From Eledone cirrhosa (lineage: Eukaryota), in contig OZ024741.1 in NCBI GenBank assembly GCA_964016885.1, positions 269,390,001 through 269,454,000 of the forward strand: DNA of 64,000 nucleotides, in the 5' to 3' direction. Under the pieces are notes generated by a model that saw only the letters and a program-made list of their open reading frames with translations, had not been told where the DNA came from and made no database searches. Shown piece by piece: positions 14,030-26,488 of the stretch. The position numbers and the translations under genes were made by a program. Position 1 is the stretch's first letter; each line of letters opens with the position of its first letter.

Positions 14030-14551
14030 GTATGAATATATATGTAGGTAGGTGTCTATATAGGTTTGGGTATTTATATCTAAATATAAAAATACATATA
14101 TGAGCATGCAAATATGAATGTAAGATTGTGTGTGTATATATGATTGTACATACATATGTATGTATATATATGTATATATATGCATTATATATGTATGTGT
14201 ATGTGAATGTGTTGTATGTATATGTGTATGTATGTGTATATATGTGTATGTATGTGTATGCTTGTATATATAGGAATATATATATATGTGTATATATGTA
14301 TGTATATGTATGTGCGTGTATGTATGTATGTGCATGTGTGTTGTGTATATATATGTATGTCTCTCTATTTATATGTTTATCTTAGTATCTATGTGATATA
14401 TGTGTGTGTGTGTGCACGTATGCATATGTATGTGTTTGTGTGTGTTTGTGTGTGTGTGTGTATATATGTGTATGTGCGCACACACACATACACATATATA
14501 TATATATATATATGTGAGTGAGTATGTGTGTCTGTGTGTGTGTGTGTGTGT

Positions 14552-14630
<79 letters not shown>

Positions 14631-15038
14631 TGTCTATGTGTGAATATATGTCTTTATTCGTATGTGTGTATTTATGTATGTATATATTTATGTGTATGTA
14701 TGTATGTGTATGTATGTATGTATATATATATATATATATATATGTATATGTATATGTATATATGTATATTATTCTTTATTATTATAATATAACTTATGTG
14801 TATATGTGTATAAGTGAGGTTGTGTATGTATATATAATATATGTATATATAAGAGTAATAAAATATATATATATATATGTATGTGCATGTCTGTTTTTTA
14901 TGTTATGTGTGTGTATGTATATGTATATATGTATATATATGTATATATATATACGTGTGTGTATATAGATATATATATATATATACATGTGGGTGTTTGT
15001 ATGTGTATTTATGGTGGTATGAGTGTGTGGATATATAT

Positions 15039-15081
<43 letters not shown>

Positions 15082-15087
15082 AATCTA

Positions 15088-15146
<59 letters not shown>

Positions 15147-15180
15147 ATATGTGTGTGTATGTATGTTTATATATGTGTAT

Positions 15181-15223
<43 letters not shown>

Positions 15224-15487
15224 TCTATTAATGCGTGTGTGTATGTATATACATATGCCTTTTAATTATTATTTTTATTTGTATGTCTGAGTTTGGTGAG
15301 GTTGTATTGTTTTTTATGTATATACACATATATGGAAGCGTATGTATTTATATATATGAGTATAAGTAGGTGCATATGTATGTATGATTATATATCTAAT
15401 TCTATGTATGAAGGTACATCTATATATATATATATATACGTGTGTATGTAAGCTGTGTGTGTATGTATCTATATGTCTATGTGAGTG

Positions 15488-15524
<37 letters not shown>

Positions 15525-15619
15525 GTATATCGATGTGCGTATATGTATGTACGTGTATGTACATGTATGTGTATATGTATGTGTATGTATATTTAGATGT
15601 ATGTGTATGTATATGTATA

Positions 15620-15668
<49 letters not shown>

Positions 15669-15905
15669 ATATATATATATATATGGATATATATCTTTAT
15701 TATCTATTTTTTATATATATGTGTATGTATGTATGTGTTGCGCGTGTGTGTGTGTATATATATATCTTTTTATATGTGTATGTGTATGTTCGTGTAAGTG
15801 TATGTGTGTGTATGACTGTATATGTATGTGTGTATGTGTGTATGCGTAAATATCTCTATGTGCGCGTACATGTATGTATGTGTATATATATCTGTATGTG
15901 TATGT
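14030..15905 (+). repeat. Compound TA/TG microsatellite inside the Naiad 3' UTR
   Basis: The same interrupted pattern occurs at ~7445-9310 and inverted at 1-1150. Confidence 0.9.
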
Positions 15906-16487
15906 ATATTATATTAAATTTATTATATTTTATTGTTTTATTTTTTTATTTTTCTTAATTTATAGATACATTTACATTAGGCAGTCTGCTCAGACAATTG
16001 AATACTGACCCCTCCCCCCCTCCCACCTAATTTCTGTATCTTGATCTTGAAATGTGTGTGCCAGTGTTTTATGTGAGTGACTTAATTTCTATGTGCTTAT
16101 GATTTTATATCCACATATATAAATGTGAGTGGGGGAGTGTGTGTGTTTGTATGTTCGTGGTTATGTGTATATTTATGCATATACGCGCATGTATGTGTGA
16201 TTATACTGATATGTGTGAGTATGAAAAAATATATTTATATGCTTGACTCCATAAGTATCAATGCGCATCTTATCAGCGCATTAAGCTTACAGAGATATTA
16301 ACCTTGAAATTTTGTGTTTGCATCCATCTTTTTAATATGCGTATACAAATTATACACACATTTTTGTAAAATATGTGTAAGGATTTTACATGTATATACA
16401 CACACCGAACTGCTTTTAACCCTTTGTGTTTTCATTGGTCAATTTTGAACTGATATTTTGAATTGTTGTTATTATCAATAAATATAC

Positions 16488-16642
16488 TTCATTATTTCTG
16501 AAGACGGCGTATATATGTGTTAGGTATGTATATTTAATCTTGATAATTTGTATAATTTTGTATAATTTTGTACATAGATCTGTCGAATATGCATACCAAT
16601 TATAACACATATATACCCTAGAAACGATCGTTAAATAATGAA
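16488..16642 (+). ncRNA. Hammerhead ribozyme-like motif (second copy)
   Basis: Same sequence as 9893-10047, 6595 bp downstream. Confidence 0.8.
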
Positions 16643-16826
16643 TTTTTTTATTTAATATAAGGAATTGTTTATTCATTATTTGTTTAATATTTTATCTTGA
16701 CTCTGTATACCGTTTATCTTTCACCGAAAGTGGATTTTCATTACATCTCTTCTTTCCATGATATCCGGAATACATTGAGTTCTTCATACGGATTGGACAC
16801 TACCGTAAACTCTTGGTAGATTTATC

Positions 16827-16903
<77 letters not shown>

Positions 16904-16905
<2 letters not shown>

Positions 16906-17082
16906 ATAATGAAAAATAAAAGATACGGGCGAAAGAGAGGAATATCCATCGTCATTTTAGTTATTGTTCGCCCTAGGCTGAGGTATATTGTCTCTAACGC
17001 GAAGAAATACCCATGAGGCTTAGTAGACAACTGACGATAGATATTCCTCTCTTTCGCCCATAACTTTTATCTTTCATTATAC
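16904..17082. repeat. Small fold-back element (~50-bp imperfect inverted arms)
   Basis: gtataatgaaaaataaaagatacgggcgaaagagaggaatatc versus gatattcctctctttcgcccataacttttatctttcattatac. Confidence 0.75.
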
Positions 17083-17106
17083 TTAATTGCAGCCATACAG
17101 CTCGCC

Positions 17107-17156
<50 letters not shown>

Positions 17157-17315
17157 ACACAATCGGTACAGTATATGGAAGGTATATATTAGGTTAACCT
17201 CTCAAAATACGTTGGATTTTCTGATTGGACTTTCACCTCGAAACTGGATACCAGCCCGGAGTACACCTGGACTTCCGCCAGGAAATCTTTCGTATCTTTG
17301 AAATTCTCCTTGCTT

Positions 17316-17394
<79 letters not shown>

Positions 17395-17487
17395 ATATCA
17401 TAATATAATAAAGGGAGGAGTGCTGGACTTACTCCTGGATATATTTTTTATACCGTTAGTAAAATAAGTTAGATTACTTTTAATAAA

Positions 17488-17902
17488 TAACTGTTTCTAC
17501 TTTTGGCACAAGGTCAGCAAATACCAGTGCATTACTGGTACTTTATTTTATCGACCCCGTAAGGATGAGAGGCAAAGTTAGCCTCGGCGGGATTTGAACT
17601 CAGAATGGCAAGATCCGTAACTCTATGCTGTAAAACATGGTGTCCGACCCTCTACCGATACTACCAATCCACCGACCCTCGATACTACCAATCCACCGCC
17701 CCTTTGAATAAATAATTGTTTCTACTTTTGGCACAAGGCCAGCAATTACCCAGTGCATTTCTGGTACTTTATTTTATCGACCCCGTAAAGATGAGAGGCA
17801 AAGTTAACCTCGGCGGGATTTGATCTCAGAACATAAAGGGCCATAACTTTTTGCTGCAAAGCATGGTGTCCGACCTACCAATACTTCCAATCCACCGCCC
17901 CT
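17488..17902 (-). mobile_element. Two tandem copies of tRNA-related SINE family A
   Basis: Reverse complement of gagttcaaatcccgccgagg..ccttacggggtcgataaaataaagtaccag..gtagaaacaattat. Other copies at 29576, 30655, 41437 and 50850. Confidence 0.85.
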
Positions 17903-18249
17903 TATATATTTTTTATATATAACGATTGCTTATTTTAAGATTCACTTCTTTCGAAATTTTCAAATGTCTACACTTCCGGTTAGTGTCCGTTATATCATAA
18001 CATTTATTACATTGCTTATATAAACATCCATATATAATATCGTCTTTTTTAAATGCATCATGGATTACTTTACTGATTACATAATACAGAGTAACGCAGT
18101 CTCTCTCCAATTTCTGTGCATATTGTTAATTACGATTTTATTTGATATATCATATCGACATGTATGTATATTTGCATATAATATCAATATGTACACTACA
18201 CATGCTAGCAGAAAACCACACGGACGGTGGTTTTTCTGCTAGTATATAT

Positions 18250-18429
18250 AACAAATACTGTGTGGTAAGATACCAGGTGGACCATAACGCACCAGAGTAC
18301 TCAATATTTAGGGTAGTAGAGTGGGTAATAGAAGAGTCAGAACCCCGACAGCTGAGCTCCGGCTGTTTCGACAGCTAGATTTAGCTGTCCAAACGGCTGG
18401 AGCTCAGCCGTCGGGGTCCTGACTCTTTT

Positions 18430-18434
<5 letters not shown>
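18250..18434. mobile_element. PLE terminus (pLTR)-like repeat with fold-back end
   Basis: Inverted arms 18332-18427. The family recurs at 29970-30100, 54910-55090 and 58187-58235 and contains the hammerhead 3' half GAAACGGC..GCCGTC. Confidence 0.65.
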
Positions 18435-18481
<47 letters not shown>

Positions 18482-19007
18482 AAATACAATTAGGAATTAT
18501 GCGGCCAAGTACTCCATGAGAAAGCTCAGAGTAATAACATTCGTTAGACGGCATGACAAATGAAAACTGTGGCAGGCAAGCCTAACAACGACAACGAAGC
18601 AACAAGAAAACCAACAGGTTAATAAATAAACCTGGACCGTCTCGGAGGCACAGCGTCGTTTCTTCGAAAGGTTTCTATGAACTCAAAATCAACAATCCTA
18701 CTTGCGCAAGTATGCAAGTTTTTGGTGTTTGAAGACCGAACTGAGGTTCATGTTATCAACAGGATTCCGTTCTGTGCCTTGACCCGGTGTGGTATGAAGT
18801 AGTAAGCCATTGTTATTAGCAGCGGTTAATGCCTCAACTACCACGTGCTTTTTCCCAACAAGGGAAATAACCCCGGTTCTTGGCAGGCAAATTCAAAATG
18901 TGAATAAGGGAAGCGTGTTCCCTGCACAAACCGAATGAGAAGCACTCGACCAGGCGTTATTAAACAAACACAAATAATTAATCAATCAATGGAAGTGTCT
19001 AATTAGA

Positions 19008-19113
<106 letters not shown>

Positions 19114-19120
19114 ATATATA

Positions 19121-19179
<59 letters not shown>

Positions 19180-19837
19180 CGTTCTTTGTGTGTTTTTTAA
19201 GGTATTTTGAGGCTGTGTTTTTCTGAAACGTTCTGTTAAATGTTTTTCCCTTTTTTCTTTTAATTCTTTCTAAGTATTCACTGCACATTCAATATCTACT
19301 GTGATTGTCGAATATAATAGAGTTGTGGGTGTGTACGTGATCGCTGTGGGTGTATAAGTGCCCGTATGTATCACGCCTACACGAAACATGGACTTGGGTG
19401 AGGGCGCCTACAGGTTGAGAAGGCGGCGACAGGGCGCGAGCGGTTCAATCATACAACCCCTACCTCCTACAGTAGTAATTCCGATTTAAGAAACAACTTT
19501 GATTGGCAGGTTGCGAATGAAGGGAACCATGAGTGGCCAAAAATACCGATGACGTGTACAATTCTTCACCACTTATAGAATGACAACAGCAGGATCTAAG
19601 CTGCCGAGTGAGGGCCGCGGGTGTAACTGGACATTTGGAAACTCTGCTTCGTAGAATCCAGACGTATCTGAGGACCTTGCGATTTCAGAGTCAGGTTCGA
19701 TCATTACATCGATTGTGCCTCGAGCTGGTCGCCAGAGAAACGATTGTAATATGTCTAATAAATTTTATTCGACGCAACACTGATTTTCCGTTTCTTATGT
19801 GATATATATGTATATATATATATATATATATATGTGT

Positions 19838-19945
<108 letters not shown>

Positions 19946-20019
19946 GGTAAACAAAAATAACAACACAATCGATACAGTATATGGAAGGAATATATTAGGT
20001 TAACGCATGAAATATAGGT

Positions 20020-20665
20020 TAAAGTTCATTCCTTGAATTTAGGCAACCGCTGTTACTTAATCTTCTCAGGATATTGATCCTTTCTTCAATATGGTCCCTC
20101 CACCTTATCACTCAACGTAAACACTAATGTAGGATAAATCTGTTTAGCTCTCTTAGATAGACACTTCCCTATAGGTCACAAATACCGCTCCATCTTTAAC
20201 AGACACAGGGTGAAACTAGGATACTCTTGTCCTAATAATATGAAGGCCCACATTACCAACAGCCTTAAGAGCAGCACCCTCACCAGGATGCTCTTGCCGA
20301 AAGCCTGAAGCTTGTCCGCTTCAACAACAATGCAACACACCCGCTGTATTTTACGAAGCTGTGGTCACTTCTAACCGACCAAGTCAACAACAAGAGGTTA
20401 AGTCCTATGTAGGTGTGGTGGAGTGCCGGTTTAAGGAACGCTTCCTGAACCATCAGTCGACCTTCAGATACCCGGACAAATGATCGTCCACGAAACTCGC
20501 GAGCCACATATGGTCCCTCAAAGACACAGGCGTAGATTACTCCATCCAATGGAAAGCTATTACTAATTCTTTAGCCATACGCAAGGGGAATCCGTCTTGT
20601 GGGCTGTGCGTTGAAGAAGATTACGTATTAGCGCTTGCCTAAATTCAAGGGATGAACTTTATTCA
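20020..20665 (+). pseudogene. Decayed Naiad-type GIY-YIG fragment with an inverted copy of its 3' end upstream
   Basis: YSCPNNMKAHI.., ..YEAVV..KSYVG..FKERFLNH remnants; taaagttcattccttgaatttaggcaa is inverted at ~20635-20662. Confidence 0.6.
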
Positions 20666-20699
20666 CGCTGTCGGCACATCTGAATTTCTCGCATTCATC

Positions 20700-20937
20700 T
20701 TTGGCTGAAATCTCAATTTGACAATCGCCACAGACGAATGCGAGAAAGTTCTCCAACCCAAGTTAACCAGGAATCTTTAAAATTCTTCCCACCGAAGTTA
20801 ACAAAGAACCATTAGATCTACCAACTCATAATAATATAATATTATAAAATTAAATCAAATTTTTTAACACTACAAGTGAAGTCATTCTTTTCCTTTTCTT
20901 CAAATATACCTAACTGTACCAAGGATCTCACACATTT

Positions 20938-20945
<8 letters not shown>
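20700..20945 (+). mobile_element. Solo terminal repeat of the Neptune-type PLE at 45-48 kb
   Basis: Matches 48430-48615(-) and 49090-49285(-); ends at (TA)n. Confidence 0.7.
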
Positions 20946-21011
<66 letters not shown>

Positions 21012-21076
21012 TTTATTCTGGGTTGAATCGGAGGTAACAACAGTAAGTAAGGTACTCAATACATTGCAGAGTATAA

Positions 21077-21195
21077 AAGTTTTAATATAGATGAGATTCT
21101 ACAGGACTAGAACTGTTTCATTCTTTAGAAATCATCCTGATGATTTCTAAAGAATGAAACAGTTCTAGTCCTGTAGAATCTCATCTATATTAAAA

Positions 21196-21198
<3 letters not shown>
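21077..21198. repeat. Perfect palindrome (60-bp arms, 2-bp spacer) centred on a hammerhead core
   Basis: Arms 21077-21136 and 21139-21198; CTGATGA at 21137, GAAAC at 21156, GTC ending 21170. Confidence 0.9.
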
Positions 21199-21251
<53 letters not shown>

Positions 21252-21253
<2 letters not shown>

Positions 21254-21395
21254 GTATTTCCCGGCGCCGAAGACGCTTCATCCTAGGGGACGCACCCTAA
21301 TTTTTTGACAACCAAACATTTGAAAAAAAGTAGTAAACAACCTTCGGCTTCCAAGACGCATGGTATATTTTTGAGACTTATTTTAGGAAAAAAAT
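21252..21395 (+). mobile_element. Truncated pogo/Tc2-like MITE end
   Basis: TA + ccgtatttcccggc with repeated aagacgc motifs. No partner TIR found. Confidence 0.45.
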
Positions 21396-21489
21396 ATATA
21401 TATATGTGTGTGTGGGGGGTTAAAAGAACTGGTAATTTATTTTGTGAGAGAGAGAGAAAGAGAATTGGTTATTTGTACAGATAAACATG

Positions 21490-21945
21490 AAAATAATAAT
21501 AAAAATAAATAAAAATAAATATTATTCTTTAATAATTGATAGAATAACCGAACTCAGTATGCAAGGATGTGAATTATTTAAGTAAATCCATACGTAAGTT
21601 TCAATAATCCGTATTTGTTGATACAAGCAATCAACGAAACCTCAAAAATTCCATTTCAATAAAGTCAATAGCTAATGAAACAGTTCTCGTCCGTGATAAG
21701 TAGAAAGATTTAAGACTATTCAACAGAATTCGTGATATAATCGGCTTGTCTCCCCCACAGCCCCGGCGGACAGAATAGAGAAGGCGTTTCTCCGCACGAC
21801 GGCAAGGGAGACGCGCTGGAATAGCCACTCCAACTCGCGGTGATCACACCTGCGGCTGGTCAGCTCAGCGCCTATGGTGGTGAGTAGAGAGGTAGCCCTA
21901 GGGCCGAGGACACCAGAAGTCTCCACTCGGAGAGCGACCGAAATA
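21490..21945 (-). pseudogene. 3' fragment of a CRE-like (restriction-like endonuclease) non-LTR retrotransposon
   Basis: ETSGVLGPRA..IG..RELEWLFQRVSLAVVRRNAFSIL resembles the CRE C-terminal ETxG..QRxSxAxxRGNA motif. Confidence 0.7.
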
Positions 21946-22479
21946 TAACTTTAAAAAGGTTTTAAAAATCGAACAGTCACAGAGGTTAGGTGGTTGACCT
22001 GCTGGTTATATATATAACTGCTAATTTTAATTGGCACTGGCTGTTTAGAAGAAGAAGAATGATTATAACGTTTGTGTAAATTAAGGCTTTCTTCCCTTTG
22101 GTAAATGGAATATATTTATAGAAAATTATATATTCCATTTCTCAATTTATTTTCTTTCCTATTCTTCAAATCACCGCATTATTGTTTAATCCAATGTATG
22201 TAGTGTTTGAGCTTCACCTATAATATGAAGCATTTTAGCCATATGCGATCATGATAAATTATAATCTCTATATATATAAAATGGTAGATGTCTGTCTGTG
22301 TGTGTGTACGATTTGTATGCATTTCCACATTTCTCTACCGATTTTGATGAATTTTATTCCAATGTGCTCCAAATTTACCAGGGCAGGTCAACGCGTAATT
22401 ATTTTTGCCAAAAATGTGCTGCTTCTATGAAAAAAAATCGATAAAACTAAATACATGCTGTAACCCTCTCTCTTACACG

Positions 22480-23050
22480 CTTCATTCCTCTCACTACTAC
22501 CATCAAAAATATATGAAACTACATACATGTTGCAACTCTCTTTAAAAGGTTCATATTTTCCTCTACTCCACTCTCAATCTCCTCTGCAACTCTCTTTAAA
22601 AGGTTACTGCCTCCGTCTAGTACCTTTTACAGTTTAGAACAACAAAACTTCTTTTGAAGGAACGCGACACAAACTTTAAAATCTAAGCAACACAACAACC
22701 ATAGCTTTACTCACTCCGTCGCTCTTCCCTCTCTCTACATTAGATTATTCCCCCTCTCTACAGTCATAACGACACTCATACATAAAATATCAAAATTTAA
22801 AAAGCCGATAGCACTAAATACATACTGCTCTCTCAACGTTACATCAAATAACAAATATTCAAAAGCAACAGATGAATTTATAAAACAACAAACGTAACAA
22901 TAACAACCTCTCTATAATTTAACTGCTTTACTCTTCTGTCGCTCTTCACTCCCTATATGACAACACTGCAGTGGAGCGTTCCGTATTGAGCGTTGCGTAT
23001 TGGCATACGGCTTATCTGGAGCATTTTCAATCGGCTTATTGCAAATAACA
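22480..23050. repeat. Left arm of inverted repeat (partner 26016-26476)
   Basis: cttcattcctctcactactaccatc..cggcttattgcaaataaca is mirrored at 26016-26476 with indels. Confidence 0.9.
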
Positions 23051-23099
23051 ACCCGCAAAATAACACTTCATATAACAGATTAATGCTATAGACATATGA

Positions 23100-25980
23100 A
23101 TCGGAATGTAACCCCTGAACTTTTTCCTGGGCAAAATTATTCGAACAGATATGACCTCATTGCCAGAGTTGTTCAGACTGAAACTGGCTAAACTCATGGC
23201 TTTAATAAAAAGGGTCAGGTATTTGGGGCTGTAAAATGTGACATGTTCACCGTCGAATGGCAAAAACGAGGGCTGCCACATGCTCTCATTTTGATTTGGT
23301 TAGCTGATAAAGTCAATTCAAATGCCATAGACAGCGCTCATTTCGGCTGAAATCCCTAACCCAGCAACTGGCCAGGAATTACATGACATCGTCAAAGCTA
23401 ATATGGTAAGTGTGCGTCGGGTCCTAATGAGCATCACACGTGTCTGAAAGGCGGGTCGTGCAGTAAGGGATACACAAAAAATTTGTTGACCAGACTGGTG
23501 GCGGCGGGTACCCCCTGTACAGGCGGAGACGGCCCGAGAACGGTGGCTTCACCACAACAGTAAGGGGAGGTCAAGTTGACAATAGATGGGTGGTCCCTTA
23601 CTGCCCGCTTCTCTTGAAGATGTTCAACGCCCACATCAACTTTGAGATTTGCATCTCCGTCAAGTCGATAAAATACATATGCAAATATGTAAATAAGGGC
23701 TCTGATGAGGTCACAGAATACGTGGCGGGGCGGTACATCAGTAGCAATGAAGCTTTTTGGCGCCTATTTGGTTTCCCCCTACACCAACGTCACCCCACCA
23801 TCGTACAGCTTACGGTACATTTGGAAAATTAGCAAAGGGTTTACTTTACGGACCAAACCGCCGCCAAGCTGGCCGCCGATCCGAAAGAGACGACTCTGAC
23901 GGGTTTCTACAAAATTTGCCAGTTCGACACATTTGCGCAAACAATTCTGTACCCCCAGGTTCCATCCGACTTTATATGGTCGAAAAACACTTGGGTGCGA
24001 AGAAAGTCAGGTCAGGCTGCTGAAAGACATCCTAGTGTAAAATTTGACAGCTGTGTTGGAAGGGTTTACACTGTGCTCCCAAGTCAGCATGAGTGCTTTC
24101 ATCTCCGCCTTCTTCTACATGAAGTTGTAAGCCCACAAAGTTTTCAGGACCTCAAAACTGTTGATGGAGAAATATGTGATACGTACCGGGAAGCCTGCTT
24201 TAAGTGTGGTCTTTTGGAAGATGATTCGCAATGGGATTCCACTTTAGCAGAGGGTGCTTTGTTGAAATCACATAAAGGTCTACGGGAACTCTTTGCCATT
24301 TTGCTTCAAAAGTGTGAATTGGGTGATCCCAAATCTTTATGGGTCAAGTACAGAGACTTCATGTCTGAGGATTTCCTCCGCCTAGCTCATCTGCAGTATC
24401 CCTTCAGTGGAAGTTGCTTACAGCGGCATTATCTACATCAGGGCATTCATTGACATCGAGGACGCCCTCCTCGACATGGGTCCGAGTGAGTTGGCGACGT
24501 ATGGCTTGCCGTCAACCGTCAGAGAGGAAGCTAACATGTTGGCCCCGGATTTGTTGCGGGAAACAGCATATGACATCAAATCTCTTTCCCAATACTTAGA
24601 GGAAAATGAGCCCAAACTTCTGTCGGACCAAATGTTGGCCTATTTAACTATCATTGACGCGGTTCAAAATCAGACTGGATGTATTTACTTTCTCGATGCT
24701 CCTGGGGGTACCGGAAACACTTATGTAACGAAATTGATTCTCGCTAAGATTCGTCAGAAGAAAAAAATTGCGTTGGCCGTTGCATAGTCCGGGATCGCTG
24801 CTACTTTGCTGCCGGGAGGCAGGACAGCACATTCAACCTTTAAACACCCCTTGGATTTAGTAAAAACTGAGACACCAACATACAATATCAGCAAGAGTTC
24901 ACACGAAGCTCTGGTTCTCAAAAAATGTTGCCTCATTGTTTGGGATGAGTGCTCAATGGCACACAAGGGTGCTATTGAGGCATTGGACAGGACCCTGAAA
25001 GACATTAGAGATTCTACGGCTTCTATGGGTGGCGTAACCCTTCTGCTATCTGGAGATTTTCGGCAAACGCTGCCTGTCATCCCCAAAGGGACAAAATCTG
25101 ATAAAGTGTCTGCCTGCCTTAAGTCGTCCATGTTGTGGATCTAGGTGAAGAGTTTGTAGCTGGGCACAAATATGCGTGCTCATTTGCATGGTGACAACAT
25201 GTCTGCTGCATTTCCTCAGAATATTTTAGCACTTGGTGAGGGCAAGGTCCCTGCGGTTGACAAGGGCGGCATAGCAATCGACTCCTTGTGAAACATTGTG
25301 AGCAGCCCTTCTGACCTTTGGGAAGCAGTTTTTACTAATGTCTCATCTAACTTTAAAAACCTCGATTGGCTCAGCGAAAGAGCCATCCTTGCTCCGAAAA
25401 ATACCATGGTTAATTTTATTAACGAGCAGCTGATTTAGAAGTTTCCCGGTAAAGAGCCATCTTCAAATCTATCGACCGGACGTCAGACCCCGATGATATC
25501 GTTAATTATCCGGTTGAGTTATTAAATTCCCTTGAGCCCCCAGGGCTCCCACTTCACATTCTTAAGCTTAGGGTTGACTGTCCCATTATGCTAATAAGGA
25601 ACTTGCGTCCACCAAAGCAGTGCAACGGTACTCGCATGGTAGTCAAGTCACTGACACCCCACTTGATTGAGGCCACCATTGTAACGGGGTGTGGGAGAGG
25701 GGAGAATGTTTTCATTCCAAGGATGAACCTTTTCCCCTCGGCGTCAGATATCCCGTTCGATTTCCGGCGATCCCAATTCCCGGTGAGACCATGTTTTGCC
25801 ATGTCTATTAACAAGTCACAAGGGCAAACATTGTCGGTGGCGGGCATCCATTTGGGGGAGCCATGCTTCTCCCATGGTCAACTTTATGTTGCCTGTTCCC
25901 AGGTAGGGAGCAGGAATGCACTTTTTGCTTACACTCCTCAAGGGATGACAGGCAATATCGTCTACAAAGAGGTGCTATAG
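23100..25980 (+). pseudogene. Helitron Rep/PIF1 helicase, frameshifted and 5'-truncated
   Basis: Rep motif II VEWQKRGLPHAL, motif III KYICKYVNKG; helicase DAPGGTGNT, WDECSM, GDFRQTLPV, NGTR, FAMSINKSQGQT, HGQLYVACS. Multiple stops and frameshifts. Confidence 0.93.
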
Positions 25981-26488
25981 ATGTTGGTGCAGGTGTTGGA
26001 AGTGTTGGAGCTATATGTTATTTGCAATAAGCCGATTGAAAATGGCCCAGATAAGCCGTATGCGAATACGGAACGCTCCACTGCAGTGTTGTCATATAGG
26101 GAGTGAAGAGCAACAGAGAGAGTAAAGCAGTTAAATTATATAGAGAGGGAATAATCTATCGTAGAGAGAGGGAAGAGCGACGGAGAGAGTAAAGCTATGG
26201 TTGTTGTATTGCTTAGGTTTCAAAGCTTGTGTCGCGTTCCTTCAAAAGAAGTTTTGTCGTTGTTCTAAACTGTAAAAGGTAGTAGACGGAGGCAGTAACC
26301 TTTTAAAGAGAGTTGCAGAGGAGATTGAGGGGGGAGTAGAGGGAGTGATGAACCTTTCAAAGAGAGTTGCAGAGGAGATTGAGAGTGGAGTAGAGGAAAG
26401 GATAAACCTTTTAAAGAGAGTTGCAACATATATGTAGTTTCATATATTTTTGATGGTAGTAGTGAGAGGAATGAAGTGAGAGGAATGA

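Larger units (their letters stand above)
10238..16832 (+). mobile_element. Full 6,595-bp unit of Naiad PLE family 1 (copy 3)
   Basis: The sequence ending ...ggtagatttatctacata at 16832 repeats that ending at 10237 and is then followed by pure (TA)n. The unit holds the 5' leader, ORF, ~4-kb 3' UTR and hammerhead. Confidence 0.92.
22265..26476 (+). mobile_element. Decayed Helitron with a TC 5' end and long inverted repeats around the coding region
   Basis: A|TCTCTATATATATAAAA start, gtct repeats and accgattttgatgaa typical of Helitron 5' ends; RepHel remnants inside. No CTAG 3' end seen. Confidence 0.75.
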
